From positions 11,595 to 23,302 of the forward strand of contig CAJNOI010000109.1 in NCBI GenBank assembly GCA_905250115.1: a stretch of DNA of 11,708 nt. Direction: 5' to 3'. Shown piece after piece: positions 8,449 to 11,708 of the stretch. The notes beneath the pieces are model-generated. The model had not been told where the DNA came from and searched no databases. It worked only from the letters and a program-made list of their open reading frames with translations. Source of the stretch: Adineta steineri. Lineage: Eukaryota. Every line of letters starts with the position of its first letter. Positions within the stretch are counted from its first letter, which is position 1. The translations under genes and the position numbers were made by a program.

Positions 8449-9341
8449 TTATTTTCTAATAATATTGATTAGAATAGTCTGTTTTTGATTATATTTATTG
8501 ATGATGTGTTTGTAATTCAGTGATAGAAACCAAGGACTCATAAGACGAGTTATAATCAAATTGAGATGAGTAGGATACGTATTGACTGTAAGATTTAAGT
8601 GTTTAAGGCACGAGAGTTTTGTAAGAATATATGCTAATTGTTGAAAATCGTAAGTATCGAATGTTATACGAAGATAGGTAAGATCAGGAAATCCAGCAGA
8701 TAGGAGAAGCTGCTCCAAATGAAATTGAGACAATAAAGCATTGACAACATTTAGACGACGAACACGAGAATCTGTAAATAACAGAGGAGAAGATGAACTA
8801 TTTGTGTATAAATAATCAATAGTCAATGAAATAACAGAAGGAAGATATTGAATAAATTTATAGATGATTTCATTTGATGCCGAATGTAAATGAAGATGAC
8901 GAATTGTTCTATTTATAGGATGTGTAACATTCAGTAAATAAATGGAAGCACCTCTTGGACAACCAATTGATATAAGTTAAGAAAAACGTACTTGTTCAAA
9001 AAGAATTCGTTCATAAAATGACCATGGTAATGATGAAGAGAAAAAATGAGTCAGATAAGGTTGATTATCAGAATTAATATGTTGGTATTGTTCTTTTGAG
9101 CAATGAGTTAAGTAGAGAAACGTTCATCTTTCAGATGTGTAATTTGCGAACAAAAATGCTCAAAATAAGGAACAAATTCATCAAAATTATCATTGTTCTT
9201 GATGTTGATACGAATGTTGACTGAATGTAAAATCATATTGATATGATAGTTCAAATTATACCATCCTTCGAGGAGATCTTTAGGTTCGATAGAAGAAAAT
9301 ATATATAAAAATAGTTCATAAGGTAAATTTTCGATTTGCAT
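8449..9341 (-). pseudogene. F-box / LRR-like paralog, apparently disrupted (one frame break, one in-frame TAA)
   Basis: The gene is ATG-initiated (9341..9339) with the F-box motif MQIENLPYELFLYIFSSIEPKDLLEGWYNL. The first frame stops at 9110..9108. Protein-like sequence continues in the -1 frame from 9123 (..FLYLTHCSKEQYQHINSDNQPYLTHFFSSSLPWSFYERILFEQVRFS). It hits TAA at 8979..8977, then continues in the same frame (LISIGCPRGASIYLLNVTHPINRTIRHLHLHSASNEIIYKFIQYLPSVISLTIDYLY...) to the stop at 8449. The span is 893 nt, which is 2 mod 3, so one base is missing. No GT..AG combination removes either lesion in frame. Confidence 0.6.
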
Positions 9342-9536
9342 TGGATTGTCAATTATAATTTTTGATAGTTAATCTAGGAAATGATAAATGTAATAATTAG
9401 TGTAGAAGAGTTACTTTTGAAAAGAGGGTAGAGTGAATGTTGTAATAGATAAAATAAAAAGTTTTGTATAATTACAAGATAGAATTCAGAAACATTAAAC
9501 AAAAAAATATGTCAAGCAATCACAAGACAAATATTG

Positions 9537-10600
9537 TCAATGACAGCATCCACCAGGCAACCTGAGTACCAAATGAAGTGTAGCATCTTTTGAAATATTG
9601 TAGTCGAAAAGTGTAAGATCATCTTGTAGTTGCTTTCCTCCGTATATAATTCGTTGACGATCAGGTGGAACACCTTCCCTATCTTGAATTTTTATCTTCA
9701 AATCTTCGACAGTATCCTCTTTCATAACAGTAATTATCAAGCTTTTACCTGTAAGAGTTTTAATAAAAATTTGAAAACTAGTTCCTGCTTCAAGCTTCTT
9801 CTGACGATTTTTCTCTTGTTCTGTGTAAATGGACATACGTGTAGGTCGAAGATATTCGATTATTATTGAATCCGTTGCAAGCTCATCAGGGAACTTGTTA
9901 TTACTTGTTTTGGCTACTATTGCAGCATTAGCATCTCCATAGGAAAGCAATAGATCAATCATTGTTATAGATCGATTGAAAAGACATGCTATATGCAAAG
10001 GACTGAACCACTGATTTGTTACTAACTTGTTTGTATCGGGAGTAATAAGTTTTTGTAATAATTCGAGATTATTATCAACAATGGCATAGTGAATGGGATA
10101 GAGATTCTCCCAAGAGACTGGCCAGACTGTGGATGAATAATGGATAGAAATATTATGTATAAATGAGTCAGCATAGGCGAGAGAACATGAACCATATTTG
10201 TTAACAGATGCACCAGCATCGAGTAAAGCTAAAATTGTCGGCATCGAGCGTGATTGACAAGCAAAAAGAAATGCTCCACGCATAGTATAATTCGAAGCAC
10301 CACCAGGGAACCTTGGTCAACTTCAATACCAGCATTCAACATACACTGTACAATGTCTTTATGACCAAGAAGACATGCACGTTGATAAGCTGTTTGTGCT
10401 TCTTCGTGTGGTAACGACCATTCACAAGGGAAAAGGCGAGGTATTTGGCATAAGCGTTGAAGTTCATCTTTTTCAAAATTCTTCACAATGGACACATTAT
10501 TTGTTTCGACAGCATCGAAAAGTACTTCTTCACTAGATGCATTATTTAATTTGGAAGAACACGTTTTATTGTCGATCGTAGTACTTTCTGCACAGGCCAT
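9537..10600 (-). CDS. Ankyrin-repeat protein with C-terminal ubiquitin domain (about 354 aa after a 1-nt frame correction near 10306-10308)
   Basis: The gene is ATG-initiated (10600..10598). ANK-type repeats include [66 protein letters not shown] and [27 protein letters not shown]. The last 79 aa are [76 protein letters not shown]+CCH. By my hand alignment this matches canonical ubiquitin, as I remember it, at about 48 of 76 positions. The ubiquitin domain spans 9549-9776. Track ORFs 10229-10600 and 9537-10283 are two frames of one gene. The span is 1064 nt, which is 2 mod 3. Confidence 0.8.
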
Positions 10601-11327
10601 GAGTATGAACGAATGGAATGAATCGATATGGTCGAGAATATTTGTGGTCTGTTACACACATCAGGCACTATTTATCCTCTTAATTTTCTTGGTTTTTTCC
10701 AGTATATTATACCACCTTATTGCATTACATCATGCGATAAAGCACATGGTTATTTCACACATTACCTATGTAAATATGACACTTACAGAATCAGTAATAT
10801 ATGGAGCTGAGTCATACTTATCATACAGAAGATTATTAGTCGTTCTAAGAAAAAGAAAATGAAAAATTCTAAATCCTTATTAATTTTTGTTGAATATACA
10901 TTAATTGTTTCATTACATATTTCTTTTTATTTTTCTGGTCCCCGAAAGATGCAATAAAATAGAAACTAATATTAATAATAAAGAATATGTTTTTTTTGTT
11001 GAATTTTGTCACGAACTTAACTATCAAATTTGGTTAATGCCTTTTATATTGTTTCTTTGGTGATTATTCAATATTTTTTGATTTTCAAGGAAAAATCATC
11101 TCGAGGATGAGCAGATGAAAAGAGGACACATTAATAATGACAACTGAATATAAGTTTGTCATAATCTAATTAATAATATTTTTTCTATTCACGATTTGAA
11201 CACTGTCACTCTTGTATAAATAGCTGACGGTCTATTTACATCTGTTATACATGTGAAAGTATCAAGATTTGAAGTTTTAGAGACAATCCATTGTCCATTT
11301 GATTATCAGTTTTATATTCTGCTATCC

Positions 11328-11394
11328 ATATCTTGAGGGTGCGATTATGGAATGAATAGAATACGCATAGTCTCATCCACACCCACCCTCAAAG
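11328..11394. repeat. Short inverted-repeat (hairpin) member of the G-rich-terminus family
   Basis: TTGAGGGTG (11333-11341) and CACCCTCAA (11384-11392) form a perfect 9-bp inverted repeat around a 42-nt spacer. CATCCACACCCACCCT (11374-11389) is identical to 5696-5711. ATATCTTGAGGGTG (11328-11341) is identical to 1420-1433. Confidence 0.5.
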
Positions 11395-11698
11395 AAAAAG
11401 ATGTATATATACATATACACTGAATATAAGTTAGCGTCATAAAGCGACATCCATAAACGTTAATAATGATCAAGACTTCTGGCTCCTCCTGTATCTAAAA
11501 ATAAAGCGTTTCTTTTGATAGTCATACCTTTTTTTGCTAATTTTGTTTTCTTTTGATTTATAAAAAGATTTTCTCTGATATTACTTGACCTTTATTTATA
11601 ACTCACTGCAGAAATGTATTCTCGTTTCTCTTATACATTCACATAGCTTTTTATTATATAGTAGGCTGATATATTCGATTTTATTTTACTCGTAAAAA

Positions 11699-11708
11699 AG
11701 GGTGGGTG
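11699..11708 (+). repeat. Start of a further family copy, truncated by the window edge
   Basis: AGGGTGGGTG is the reverse complement of the CACCCACCCT terminus seen at 5702-5711 and 11380-11389. Only 10 nt are visible. Confidence 0.25.

Noticed and set aside
8977-8991. Rescue of the in-frame TAA by splicing from the GTACGT donor at 8991
   Set aside because: The available AG acceptors give introns of 38, 40 or 83 nt. All of these shift the frame into stops. The one in-frame alternative I tried (a 69-nt intron from an upstream GT) creates a TGA junction codon.
10284-10316. Programmed -1 ribosomal frameshift in the ANK-ubiquitin gene
   Set aside because: There is no canonical slippery heptamer and no obvious downstream structure. 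A homopolymer indel or assembly error is the simpler explanation.
9630-10862. Track ORFs 9630-9869 (+), 10022-10219 (-, alternative frame), 10488-10862 (+) and 10628-10810 (+)
   Set aside because: They are shadow or alternative-frame ORFs overlapping the ANK-ubiquitin CDS or its upstream region. The ANK and ubiquitin homology identifies the true frame.
1-11708. A prokaryotic or phage defence island, operon or other novel multi-gene system
   Set aside because: Spliceosomal introns, ATG-only sensible starts, F-box/ankyrin/ubiquitin gene content and eukaryotic transposon structures show this is eukaryotic nuclear DNA. No operon-like same-strand gene cassette is present.

Overview
This is an AT-rich, compact eukaryotic window, not a prokaryotic one. 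Several ORF-track ORFs join exactly in frame across 52-61 nt GT..AG introns. Many of the track's 'M' starts are really TTG or GTG codons. An AATAAA overlaps one stop codon.

Contents from left to right:
(1) The 5' part of a minus-strand gene for a secreted, Cys-containing protein that runs off the left edge (1-481). It is absent from the ORF track.
(2) A weakly supported two-exon small gene (689-980 +).
(3) A 126-aa signal-anchor protein gene (1550-1930 -).
(4) About 2.5 kb of ORF-free AT-rich DNA. It holds a 542-bp foldback MITE with 17-bp perfect TIRs (TAGGGGTG...) and a perfect 8-bp target-site duplication, which is hAT-like.
(5) A cluster at 4.86-5.71 kb of G-rich/C-rich inverted-repeat elements with telomere-like (TGTGGG-type) arms. 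Further copies lie at 1420, 11328 and the right window edge.
(6) A ubiquitin-system neighbourhood of three genes. The first is a three-exon F-box/LRR-like gene (6327-8062 +). The second is a convergent F-box paralog broken by one frame break and one in-frame TAA (8449-9341 -). The third is an ankyrin-repeat protein with a genuine ubiquitin domain at its extreme C-terminus ending LRLPGG-CCH (9537-10600 -), which itself needs a 1-nt frame correction.

The gene families, intron size and repeat type fit a bdelloid-rotifer-like genome, but that is inference only. I see no rRNA, tRNA, CRISPR array or prokaryotic-style defence or operon system. The items most worth following up are the ANK-ubiquitin fusion and the telomere-like inverted-repeat family.
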